DNA from: Dicyema japonicum
Taxonomy: Eukaryota; Animalia; Dicyemida
Length of the DNA stretch: 64,000 nucleotides
Direction of reading: 5' to 3'
Assembly: GCA_011109175.1 (NCBI GenBank)
Contig: RDEW01000038.1
Coordinates: 131,616 to 195,615, forward strand
Below are positions 11,530 through 23,284 of the stretch, one piece after another. The position numbers and the translations under genes are program-made. Under the pieces are notes generated by a model. That model searched no databases. It was not told the DNA's origin and worked only from the letters and a program-made list of their open reading frames with translations. How positions within the stretch are numbered: position 1 is the stretch's first letter; each line of letters opens with the position of its first letter.

Positions 11530-14500
11530 AATGAAACCAATTTATTCAACAGGAATTAAGGAGTTAGTTTAAGGGATATTTAAATGTGTCCGCCTATGCG
11601 GCCTGGACACTTCCGATGCACCCCATCTCCATTTTTTAATCTCGTCCTATCGTCGGATCCCATCGATCCTTTTCTCTACAATATATTTGACCGGTGCAAG
11701 AATCTTGTCTTCTTCCGTACTGAAAACATCAAATAGCTCTTTCCTCAAGGCCAACTTTATTGCTGACCTACTCGTTTTTTTCCATAAGTAACATAATTCT
11801 ATCTCTTTGACGAGAGAAAAACCATGCTTCGCATCCATATAGTAACTCTGGAAGACATAAAAGCGCTTGTAGCGTCTTCTTCCTTCTTCGTCTGATATCC
11901 TCCATGAAGGAATCTTCCCCATCGATAACTATCCTAAAGTAGCGGAGTGAATTTACTTTTGGAATACCAAGTGAGTAGGGCTGCGTACGATGTCTCCGTA
12001 GGCGACTAATTCTTAAGTAGCTGGAATTCTCAGTGGATAATTTCATCCCTCTCTTGGTGCACCAGTCCTGTACTTGTTCAATGAATGACTTGATTCTTCT
12101 TTCCGAGAAAATTGATTTCCCAGACGTATCCGTAATCAGAATATCATCTGCGTATATCAATAGTTTGGTATTCATATCCGGTGGAGTTGGGAAGTCTGAC
12201 AAGAACACGTTGAACAGAAGTGGGGTCAAGACAGAACCCTGTGGAACTCCCCTCTTCAGTATGATATCTTTTGACATATTTGCTCAAACACGTACTTGAG
12301 AAGTCCGACCTGTTAGGAAGTCTTTTATCCATATGAAAAGTTTCTTTTGAATATCAGCAGTTGCTAGCCATTATAGGAAGGCTTCATCCCACACGATATC
12401 AAAAGCCTTGGACAGATCCAAATATACCAGGTTGACTAGTCTCTTGAATTCCAGACCTCTCAATACCGTCGAATACATCTGGTAGATGCAATCCGTGCAG
12501 GATTTTCCAGGTCTGAAGGCACATTGTTCTGCGAGGAGGAAACCACTTTTTCTATGTGGTCGTTTAGCCTCTTGAAGGTAATTCGCTTAACAATCTTGGA
12601 AATAGAGCAGATGAGGCTGATCGGCCTATAGCTGAAAAGGTCCCTCCCTGACTTTCCCGGTTTCAAGATCATTCTGACTATAAAGGTTTTCAAGCGATTG
12701 GGGACGTAGCCATAATCTATGCTCGCATTGAATAAATTCTTCAGTATGAGCAGCAGATCCTCTGGGCCTTCCTTGAACAAGCTCATGCTAATATGGTCAC
12801 GTCCAGGGGATTTAGCTTTGCATGTTTTGATGGCAATCATGATGTCCTCTGTCGTTATCTTCATTTTAGTATCTTTGAGATCGTCCAAAGAATATGTTAG
12901 AATTTCTTGTGAATCATTTAACTTCTCCCTCGAGATCAGCTCTATCGGGTTGACCCCATGATTGCGGTCTAGTTGTTTCTTAAAGATATCTGGGGCTTCT
13001 TCCATAGAACATGATCTACCTTCTGGCTTGGTCGAAGAGATTTTTCATGTCATTCCTTTTTGGCCAGTTATTCTTTTGTAGAACTTCCAGAACGAGGGGT
13101 CTTTGGTGTTTAGTTTGCTTGCCTCGACCCTCAAACATTGTTCTTGAGACACTCTTGTTCCCTCTTCAATGGCTTTTTTGATTATCTTCAGTTGACCGGT
13201 CAATGCAATCCGGTTCATCCAGTCGACACATCTTCTGAGTTTGTTCCTCAGGCGGTTTCTTTCATTAATCATAGATGATGTAGAAGGGGAGAGATTGATG
13301 CTCTTCCCATAATTGTACTTGAGGGTCTCCTCCTTGCGTAAAGAAATAAGTATTCCTCCATCACAATGGAAAGGTCTTTGTCTATGTTGTCAATATCACT
13401 TCGGGAATAAGGTCCCTCCTTCCAGTTTTTGAGGTTTCTAGATATATATCTTATATAGTGTTCCCAGTTTTATCTTGTAGCCTGTGAACACTGACTCCGT
13501 AGTGTCTGGAGTCAGGTTCAATGACATCTCTTGAGGGATGTGGTCGTCCCAATTTCCCACATGATCATCGGTCTCTCCACATATGTGTAGAGAAGTGGTG
13601 ACACCAGGAACACCCCAAGCATGTCTCCCCCGTAGTGCAAGAAGTGATTCGGCTTCTCCAACGTCAAAATCTCGAAGCCAGTCTTATCACTCAATTTTCT
13701 TAGCCTGATTCTATCCTCATTGGTTCCGAGGCACCATATTTAATGTTCTTGGCATTTAGATCTCCCACTAAGACAGACATATCGTTCTTGTGAAGAATTC
13801 TTCAATTTCTGTGGAGCACTTTCTGATGTCCTTTGAATACATTCCTCCAATGTGTATCCAACGGCCACAGCATCGCACCTCGACGGAAACAAGTTCACAA
13901 TGTGTATTCATTATAACTTTTGGATCACGTATCTATAGAACATCACTTTAGAACAATGTGGTTTCAGTACCAGCCTCTGCACCTTCGCCCGTGGTACTTC
14001 CATAGAATTATATCTTTGTAGCATTGTGTTGGTCTTTTTCACCTTGTTCTCGTTGACCACCAGGATGTCAATCTTGGTGGACGATAGTAGTAGTGCCAGG
14101 TCATGACGCCTCTTCCTCAGGGATCGGGAGTTCACCAGCACTATCTTCAGGTTTCTTTTCAACTTTCTTGTTGGTGGCCTTGCTCTCCATGGTCAGGTCC
14201 ACCATTCTTCGTAAATCCACTCCGAATATGCCGCTTAGTTCCTTCAGTCTCGATATTATTTACTCCAGTTCTTTTGCAATTCTCCCTGATAACTTTTGCC
14301 TTTGTAGCCAGGCCGACTCTCGTGCAAAAGGAGCAGCTTCAATCTTGTTACTCCTTGGACCAATTATTTTTTTGGGCTGGCGGTTCTAATTTGTTGGTTA
14401 TAATATTCATTTGTTTTGGTTTCGTATTGTTGATTCAGGAATTTAACTTTTGCCTGGCCTCCATGAGCACAGGGCATCCTCCATATCTTGCACCGTGTTT

Positions 14501-15030
14501 TATTGACCCGCAGTTAACACATTTAGGTTCAAGACCCGGATCCGCATTGCACCTGGGGATGTCGTGCTCTCCGCGCAACGGAAGCATTTTTTCTTTCCCG
14601 TGCACTGGTATGCAAAGTGACCAACCTGCTGACAGCTGTAGCAGATCGGCGGTCCTCTTCGCATCCACTCACAAGAGATCTTGTTCGTTCCGATGTAGAA
14701 GCCACAGCGTATTAGTGATGTGGCCTCCGATTTACTATTGATCGAGGCCTTCGCCATTGGCATGGCCTGCGATCCTCTGGTCATTTGGGTAACCTTCGTG
14801 ACTGAGGGAGCCATCTCCTGGAGGTAGTCCAAGAGGTCGTCCTTCTTCACCCAGAAGGGAAAATTCCTGAGGACAATCTCAGACGGTTTTGCTAAGATTG
14901 TCTTGAAAAGGTGATTGTCACTACCAAAGGTACAGGTCTCATTCACAGCCTCCATATAGGTGGCCACGTGGGAGTTGTCCTGGAAATCCAGTCGGAAGGA
15001 CCCCTGTCCTCTATGGCTTATCCTCATAGA
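11530..15030 (-). mobile_element. Near full-length Jockey/I-group LINE (ORF1 gag + ORF2 APE-RT), multiply frameshifted
   Basis: ORF1 knuckles CYSCQQVGHFAYQC and CVNCGSIKHGARYGGCP; APE VNSRSL..DILVVNE, GDLNAK; RT YRPISL, LSKAFD, GVPQGSVL.PLLFN, YADD. Confidence 0.93.
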
Positions 15031-15049
15031 TCCGTATTGGTCATAATTA

Positions 15050-16260
15050 TATCTTATTTAGAAAAAATTAAAAAAAATGTCTGTTCGGTTTTTTTTGTTG
15101 AGTGTAAGTAGAGTAAATTAGGATGATCAGAAGTTTGCTTAACGATCCTTCTTTGGCTTTCCTGTTTTTTTCCACACGTGTAGAACATGTCCGATTTAAG
15201 ACTAAGTACGTTCTTAATGACTTTGAATAGGATTTCGAGCTTCTTTAAACATTTTGGTTTTGGAGTATTCATGGCCCAGTGCTTAATTATTGACAGCTCT
15301 TATAACCGTATTTAATTGTGTTAAAGAGAGCTTCATAGTAGTCTTTTGTTCAGGGACAGGTTCATTACAAAATTTCTCGGTGATATAAATTTCATCCCCT
15401 TCAAATATCTTTTTAAGTTGTCTCAAATCGAGAAGCATCTATTTGTTTGGTAAGTAAAAGTCACGTGGTTTCTTGAACATAATCCTGTTAGCGATTGATT
15501 CAGGGCTCCACGCTCTCTGATATACATTCCAGAAGAAGGGTTAAACTTATCTAACTTCTCAGTTGAAAAGTCCACTGGCTCTCATTCTAATCACTAATTT
15601 GTTACAGCAATTTCTTTTGCAGGTCACTGATCGTGTAAGCAAGAGTACAGAGGTCCTGTGAATCTATGCATTTTTTTAGTTTATCCCTTAGATTATTTCT
15701 TTTCAGCACAATCTTCCTGATGATTTAAAAACCCAACAATAACGTTTTCCCGAGTATATCTTTCTAGCGAGGTATCCAGATAATTTCTAATCAGATCTGT
15801 TACTTGTCTACTCAACCAATGGAGTTTCAAACTCAGCATTCCCTAGCCGTAATTTCTTTGTAATAAACATTCGACAGTTGGCCCAAGTTAGGCTTCTCGT
15901 GTCGCAATCTACTAAGAGACCAAATTCACTAACCGTCCTCAGATTTACTGAGAATAGCTATGGATGTGGTCACTGCCAATATTCCGATGGACAGTTAGTA
16001 TGACCACGTATTCAACAAGAAATGATTGTGTATTAGTCATACGTAAGGACCCTCACCAAGGCCTTAGCTCCTTCAGAGGTTTGCCATCCCTGTTATTCTT
16101 AAAAACCGAAGCATGTATTTTTGGAGTTTAGATCTCCCCCAAAAATGGTCATTGAATTTGCATACAACTCATTAATTTTCTTAGTGCTTTTTCTCAGAGA
16201 TTTTAAGTACAGGAATCCAATGGCGATCCATCCGTCGACATAACAAACAGGAAAACTCAT
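15050..16260 (-). mobile_element. Decayed LINE remnant (APE and linker)
   Basis: GDLNSKNTCFG near 16140-16105; KAPG.D-like linker near 15280. Confidence 0.5.
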
Positions 16261-16389
16261 TTCTGGACGACATCAAGCTGAGCAGGAAAAAGCGGTCCTC
16301 TGCACAGGCAAGATGGCCGTCACTTTCATTTTCATTTTCATGAGAATAATCCTACCAAAACTGTGATATGGATGTGACACCTATCTAGT

Positions 16390-17200
16390 AACAAATTATG
16401 GTTTAGTTACCAGGAAACAGACTTTCCAAAAGATACTCCGCTTGAAACAACAGTAACTAGTAGATGATTTTTCTTAAGTACCAACATTATATGGTTACAT
16501 ATTAACTCCCTAAAACAACATCATAACAATTTTTACATGTAAACATTATTCTACGATTTTACATTTCATCAAAAACATACATGTCAACTATCTTATATGT
16601 GAGCTTATGATAGATGATCCTTAAAGTTCATTCAATTTTGTCTGCCAGGATTCGAACCCGCATTCTACGTGCATCCGAAACTTGGGATTTACGATATATA
16701 CAAAGTCAATTACCTTGTCCATGCTCACAAAAAGAACGAAGGCAAATGCTTTCACATCATAAAGCAAGGTAGACATTTGATGCAATAGAGGTATGCCACC
16801 ACCTCAACCTTCCAACCAATTAATCACTCGAATAATTGGCAATCAAAAATATGTTTGAAACTTTGATGCTAGAAGACTATTCTATGAATGGGAAACAATT
16901 TAAGCCAAAAATTTTATTTTAACAGAAAATCGTGAAAATAACTAAATGCCGAGAAAAGAAGCCAAAACAAGAAACTAATTATTTGATTGAGGATCCTTAA
17001 AAATAAAATGATAATTTTAACCTCAGGTTGGGTGATACTGTTTCTACAATATTAAATAATAAACTACAGAAATTCTTGAGTTAAAACTTGATTGCAGATT
17101 TCTCCACGTCGATGCCAATTTCCAAGAGGACACCAATACATTTCATTCAAATATGCTTCTTTATTTTTATCAGTCTCTTATCAGGTTTATTGACCTAAAA
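16390..17200 (+). pseudogene. Unknown intronless gene family, copy A (C-terminal part)
   Basis: High nucleotide identity to copies B, C and D; TCKHYS, ICELMIDDP, LPCPCSQ, hydrophobic C-terminus HFIQICFFIFISLL. Confidence 0.65.
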
Positions 17201-17289
17201 TAGTAAAAATTACAAAAATGACCATTATAAAATTTAATGTTCGAATATTATAAGATATTTGATTTTATACTTTATGCGGTAAAAAGATT

Positions 17290-17395
17290 AATGTTTCAAG
17301 CGAATATTTAATTTTGTAAAAAAATATGTATAATGTTGCAAGCGAATATATAATTTTGCAAAAAAATATTGTTGCAAGCGAATATTTAATTTTGT
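17290..17395. repeat. About 42-bp AT-rich tandem repeat, x3 (also at 20740-20855, 35865-35955, 41185-41292)
   Basis: Unit AATGTTGCAAGCGAATATWTAATTTTGYAAAAAAATATGTAT. Confidence 0.85.
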
Positions 17396-17459
17396 TTTTT
17401 TTTAAACATCAAGTTGTGAAAATTCTCTTAATAGAACCATTATAGTATAACCTCTAGAG

Positions 17460-17505
17460 CAGTGGTTCCCTACCTTTTTGAGAGCCTATCGACATTTTTC
17501 ATTTT
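17460..17505 (-). mobile_element. hAT (Buster/Charlie) terminus remnant
   Basis: CTCTAGAG|CAGTGGTTCCC.ACCTTTTTGAGAG, same junction as 20918 and 41120. Confidence 0.8.
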
Positions 17506-17551
17506 ATCGGACGTGGAAAACTCTCCATAAATATATTAAACAAAATAGGGC

Positions 17552-19245
17552 TCAATACTGAACCTTGAGGTACTGCTCTTTTGATGATATTGCATCAGAT
17601 ATATATCCACACACCTTCACAAAAGATTGTCTTTCCTGAAGATAATTTCTTAGCCAAACAAATAAGTATCTTGGAACACATGCTGATACAAGCTGCTTTA
17701 ACAACGCTTCATAACATACACTGTCGAATGCTTTCGAGATATCAAGACATAATAAGTTTATTTGTTTCTTGGAATCCTTTGCTTTCATGATTTCAGAATT
17801 CATTAGAAAGAAACAGTCTGCACAGCCTCTTCCGGGACGAAAACCCCACTGCTCCGGAATCAGAAAGTCGTTTCTTCTATATGTCTGCTTAGCCTTTTGA
17901 AAATGATACGTTCAATCACTTTCGCGAAAGAACATATTAAGCTAATTGGTCTGTAGCTTGCCGGATCTCTCTTTGGCTTCCCTGGTTTTGGAAGCATCCT
18001 CACAACACTTTTCCATAATAAAGCAAGGCCAAGTCGCAAACACCCATCAAAGACATCGAGATAGTCAAAACAAAATATCCGACCTCCCCCGTCTGGTTTA
18101 TCCAGTATAATTTTTTCTGCACCCGACTTCGGACACATTATCTTCTGATAGCATTTCCAAAAAGAGGGATTCTTCATATCAATTTTTGCAGCCTCAGCCC
18201 TCCATATACGGTCAGTCTCCTCCTTCCATATATTGCTGATTGCTTCCTTCATCATCCTGATTCTGGCTGATATGAATTCCCCGTCTATTTTGTCAGCACA
18301 ACGTCTTTCTTTGCCCTTAGGCGATTCTTCTCCCTAATAAGCCTCATAATAATTGGCGACACAAAATAATAATTTTTTTGAAAAAACCCTTCGTGAATAC
18401 AGATGAAGATATGACTGCAGTAGATTTGTTAATTCTCTACTTGCAGCATTGATACTTCTATGGTTGAAAACTCTCTAGGTAGAAAACACAAATGATTGAA
18501 TATGAAGAACTTATAGTTGGCCCAATCCAAGTTAGATATGTTGAACCTCAAAAAGACATCTTACATAACATCTGGTCTCAAAGTGATAACTAATTCTTGT
18601 GGAATATGGTCACTCCCGATATCCCATAGAGTTTTTGGCTTTCCAACATTCACATATAGAGCTGGCGATACTAGGAAAACGCCGAGTTTGTCGCCACCAT
18701 GATAAAAAAATGATTTGGGTCATCCGACGTAAGGATCACAAAGCCACATGAATCAGACAATAATTCTAAACGTCGTCCATCCTGATTTGTCTTGCAACAA
18801 CCATAACTAGTGTTCTTCGAATTAAGAACCCCAATTAAGATAGTATAGGGATTTTTGTTGTAGAACTCAGTGATATCTGGAGAACAAGTCTCAAGATTCT
18901 TGGAGTATAGACCCCAACACTAATCCATACTCCGTCGCAACAAACTTCCATGCTTACAAATTCACACAATACATCAGAAACGACTTTTGGATTACGAATT
19001 CGGAGGCAGTCCGGTAGAAAATAGACGTTCCCGTACCAGCAACTGCTCAAGCCTTCCATAAAATGTCCACAGAATTGTATCCAGTCATTACTCTTCGCTT
19101 TCTTTAATTTCGTCTCATTGACCACCAAGATGTCGATCTTGGAGGCCCTCGCAAGTAGTGCTAGTTCATTATGCATTTTCCCTAGGGATCGAGCATTCAC
19201 TACCACTATTTTAAGTCCTTGCTTCTGATTTGTGAAGATCACCAA
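17552..19245 (-). mobile_element. LINE ORF2 remnant (APE + partial RT), same group as 11530-15030
   Basis: VNARSL..IDILVVNETKL, PASYRPISLICSFAKVIER, LDISKAFDSV. Confidence 0.85.
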
Positions 19246-19445
19246 ACCGGACCTACGCCTCTGGAGGCCCTTATGAGACTAGACTCCAGATCACGAGACG
19301 GTGGCTTTGAAATTTCAATCAGTCTCCTGTACGTTTATGTGAGTGCACGAAGGAAGATCACCGGGCAAAGAAAAAGTCTTTGTTAAAATACATCGAGATC
19401 ACGTGATAATTAGTTTGGTTTTACCGTGGTCATGGATTAAATAAA
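19241..19445 (+). mobile_element. LINE 3' end, co-duplicated with gene family copies B, C and D
   Basis: Aligns in inverted orientation with 37340-37540 and 42570-42657; EDHRAK motif also at about 49220. Confidence 0.7.
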
Positions 19446-20650
19446 AAATAAAAACAATGAATATTTTTACAATTGGTATTATTAGGACACGAATAAAAAA
19501 ACAACTCTATTTGTATACAATACATTGTATTTAATTTCTCCACCAAACTATATCAACACGGACTGGATATGAGTCTCTGGAAAAAAATGATCGCCCGAAT
19601 CATAAAAATTGGCTATGTTTTATTCCGTGTTACATAACAAGAATAAAATTGTTCTACCTTTAATATTAGACACGACTTTTCCTTATAATGGATCAATCAT
19701 TATGAGACAAACCTAAATCTGTTTAACAGATACCGGCTTCTGCTGAGGTTTAAAATCAATTAATTATTTATTCTTGATAACCTGATCTAATTAATGTTGA
19801 AGACAATGTGATTGTACTCATCACGGATATGTTTTTCATTTATAGGATCTTGGACCATGTGAACAAACCTTAGAAGACTGTCCGCTTGAAACAACAGTAA
19901 CTATAAGATGCTTTTTTTAAGTACCAACATTATATAGTTACATATTAACTCCCTAAAACAACATCATAACAATTTTTACATGTAAACATTATTCTAAAGA
20001 TTTTACATTTCATCAACAACATATTAACTATCTTATATGTGAGCTTATGATAGATGATCCTTCAAGTTCATTCAATTTTGTGCTGACCAAGATTCGAACC
20101 CGCATTCTACGTGCATCCGAAACTTGGGATTTACGATATATACAAAGTCAATTACCTTGTCCATGCTCACAAGATGAACGAAGGCAAATGCTTTCACATC
20201 ATAAAGCAAAGTAGACATTTAATGCAATAGTAGTATGTCATTATTTCAACACTCCAACCAATTAATCACTCGAATAACTGGTAAGAAAAAAATATATTGT
20301 AACTTTAATGCTAGAAGACTATTCTATTAAAGGGAAACAATTTAAGCCAAAAATTTTATTTTAACAGAAAATCGTGAAAATAACTAAATGCCGAGAAAAG
20401 AAGCCAAACAAGAAACTAATTATTTGATTGAGGATCCTTAAAAATAAAATGATAATTTTAACCTCAGGTTGGGTGATACTGTTTCTACAATATTAAATAA
20501 TAAACTACAGAAACTCTTGAGTTAAAACTTGATTGCAGATTTCTCCACGTCGATGCCAATTTCCATGAGGACACCAATACATTTCATTCAAATATGCTTC
20601 TTTATTTTTATCAGTCTCTTTATTATTATCAGGTTTATTGACCTAAAATA
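19445..20650 (+). pseudogene. Unknown intronless gene family, copy B
   Basis: About 1.2 kb colinear with copies C and D; reading frame traceable across stops and indels to a hydrophobic C-terminus. Confidence 0.7.
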
Positions 20651-20917
20651 GTAAAAATTACAAAAATGACCATTATAAAAATTTAATGTTCGAATATTAT
20701 AAGATATTTGATTTTATACTTTATGCGGTAAAAAAGATTAATGTTTCAAGCGAATATTTAATTTTGTAAAAAAATATGTATAATGTTGCAAGCGAATATA
20801 TAATTTTGCAAAAAAAAAATATGTATAATGATGCAAGCGAATATTTAATTTTGTTTTTTTTAAACATCAAGTTATGAAATTCCTCTTAATAGAACCATTA
20901 TAGTATAACCTCTAGAG

Positions 20918-21150
20918 CAGTGGTTCCCAACCTTTTTGAGAGCCTATCGACATTTTTCATTTTATACAGAACCCTTATATTGTTTTTAACAATTATCAGT
21001 ATTTTACTAATATAAAAAAATAAAATGCTAATTAGTGAGATGGTTGAGGCTGATGTCTCTTGCATAGCTATTTGGTATTTGGCATTGTCCTTGACAGGGA
21101 TAATCGTAGGTCTTATTCTACATACAGTAGATTCACGCGTTTTATGATTT
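20918..21150 (-). mobile_element. hAT (Buster/Charlie) 3' end
   Basis: Reverse complement of about 40885-41120; TIR CAGTGGTTCCCAACC, flank CTCTAGAG. Confidence 0.85.
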
Positions 21151-22399
21151 ATGGCGTCTAGAGCAGATTGCATCATCCGACACCAAACATTTAGTTTTCA
21201 CAAGTTATCTCCAAGTATGATATTTAATAGATTGTCATTTTAATTTTTGCATTGGCTTGGCAAGCGAAGAAAGCGAAAATTTAAAGAAATAAGTTGGGTA
21301 TAGGGTCAATACACACTGAACTCTCCGGTTAATCCTAAACAAACTAAAACGGCAACTTTTGTGTCCTACGTACTTTACCCTTTCTCCAGAACGCTAACTA
21401 TCCAGCTCTTGAGTCCTATGGTGATTGCCCATTCTGAAAAGACGCATTAGAGGGCAACATGCAAGTTCGAGTCGAACGGCCTTTCCACATCCAAGAAGAA
21501 TGCTCCGTGAATTCCTTTTTGTTACGGATAACGGTGAGCCTGGAAATACAACCTCAAGAGGCAGTCATCAACGGATCACCTCTTTCGGAATCCCACCTGA
21601 AGGTCAATTCTTTCCAATATTTCTACCTCCTCTAAGTTGAGGATCGATACCTGTCGTCCCTAACATCGTTTTGATACCAAAAGAACCATTTTTACCTAAT
21701 TTTGAAATCACGTGAATTGACCCAAAAATTAAAATTTCAACTTCTAACTTGGGAACTTGCCTCGTATTTTCTAACCTCAGATTGATCCCCAAAATCTCAT
21801 TTTGTAAAAAATCACAATTTTGACTTTTTCTAATTTAGGGAGCAGTTTATTATGGCCTCTAACCCACCCTTTATATCATAACTAGACAACTGCACATGGT
21901 CTAGCTCCTGCGGGGGACCTGTCACGAGCTTCAATCATTTGACAAACGACGCTGAGTCTCTTCTGGAACTTATTCCAATAGTAATGAGCGTGCACATGTT
22001 TCTAGTTTTGACTTAAAGTGCTTGAGAGACTTGAAATAAGAATTTTATTATTGCATTTGTAAGAAGAGTGTTTTAATAAGCAGTTTAAAAAACTCAAGTT
22101 TTTATTTTTTACCCACGTGGGCTGTTTCCCATTGTCCCACATCTCCGGGGTCTCTGGGATCTTGTATTAGGTGCCCAGAAATGATTAAAGTTGAAAGTCT
22201 TTGAAATTATCATTGAAGGTCACGCCACTTGACAGGAGTGATATTGATCGAAAATTTCGAAACTCAGTCTTCATATATAGATTTGACATTTTTACACCTT
22301 TTCTGTTGTGGAACTTCAAAAACCGAAGAGCTGAATTCTGTTTGGAAAGATCCTGAAGATGTTGGAGAGGTGGAAAGAACCCAAGTCCATCTAAAAGCC

Positions 22400-22560
22400 T
22401 TAATATCCTACAACTGAATATTAAGTGAATTGTAAGCGTGACAAACTCATGCTGCTTTTGACTACTCACAACGTAGGTTTCATTTTTCTTCACGAAACTG
22501 TGCTTACTCCTTCAAAATTGATCCAAAATTTACCGATACATGTGGGGAGATGATTGATAG
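22400..22560 (+). mobile_element. LINE APE N-terminus remnant (second copy at 26750-26870)
   Basis: ILQLN...ELMLLL..HNV..IFLHET; about 90-nt match between the two copies. Confidence 0.6.
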
Positions 22561-22599
22561 GAAAGAAATCTACCCCTCTTCTGCAATTAGATTCCTGAA

Positions 22600-22830
22600 A
22601 GATTTCCTAGAACGCAACGTTAAATGATATTGTTAACTGCTGGGTCCCTTCCGTCGTCGAATTTGTCGGACTTGATCGAAGTACTGGGAGAAGACCAGAC
22701 GGGATGCCGATCTTCCCATTTACAAAAGTATGCTCACTCGTATGGGATGTCAGTTGTGTTGAAACCTTTTCCCCGTGAAATATACCTTCCTGGGGAACCG
22801 GATTGTATTCAGGGACTCGCATGGAACAAA
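22600..22830 (+). mobile_element. CRE-clade 3' fragment
   Basis: ATLNDIV, GRRPDGMPIFPF...LVWDVSCV. Confidence 0.75.
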
Positions 22831-23284
22831 AATAAAAAGTAAGAACAGTCTCGACCCCATTCCAACATTAATTAGCATACCTTCACTTTTCTTCTTTAAA
22901 ATAGTCTCTGTCCTGACTAAGTGAAGGTTAACTTTTGGAAACATTACTATTATTCACAAAAGAACTGTTATTATGATAAGCAGATATTCATCGACAAGCT
23001 TTGTTAAATCCAGTTCATAGTCGAATATGATTGAAGGGTTTAACCAAAACTAAACAAATGAAAAGTTCATAGAAGACAAGTACAGAAGGTTGTAAAGAAC
23101 TTTAAGGTAAAAGTGCCTAAAACCTTTTAGTAAAAACCGACTGAAGTACCCTCTATTTTTAATATTTTTTTAAAATCACATTCTGATTTAATAAAAAATA
23201 AAAATATAAAAACTTTATTTAAAACATTATAACATGTATCAAGACAATAATATAACCAAAATAAGTAAAATTACTAGAACTAAA

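Noticed and set aside
14093-14741. 212-aa and 98-aa + strand ORFs
   Set aside because: Antisense shadows of the LINE ORF1/ORF2; the same applies to 30-530, 30865-31365 (partly) and 34956-35459.
17290-17395. CRISPR-like repeat array
   Set aside because: Head-to-tail tandem units without unique spacers, eukaryotic context and no cas genes.
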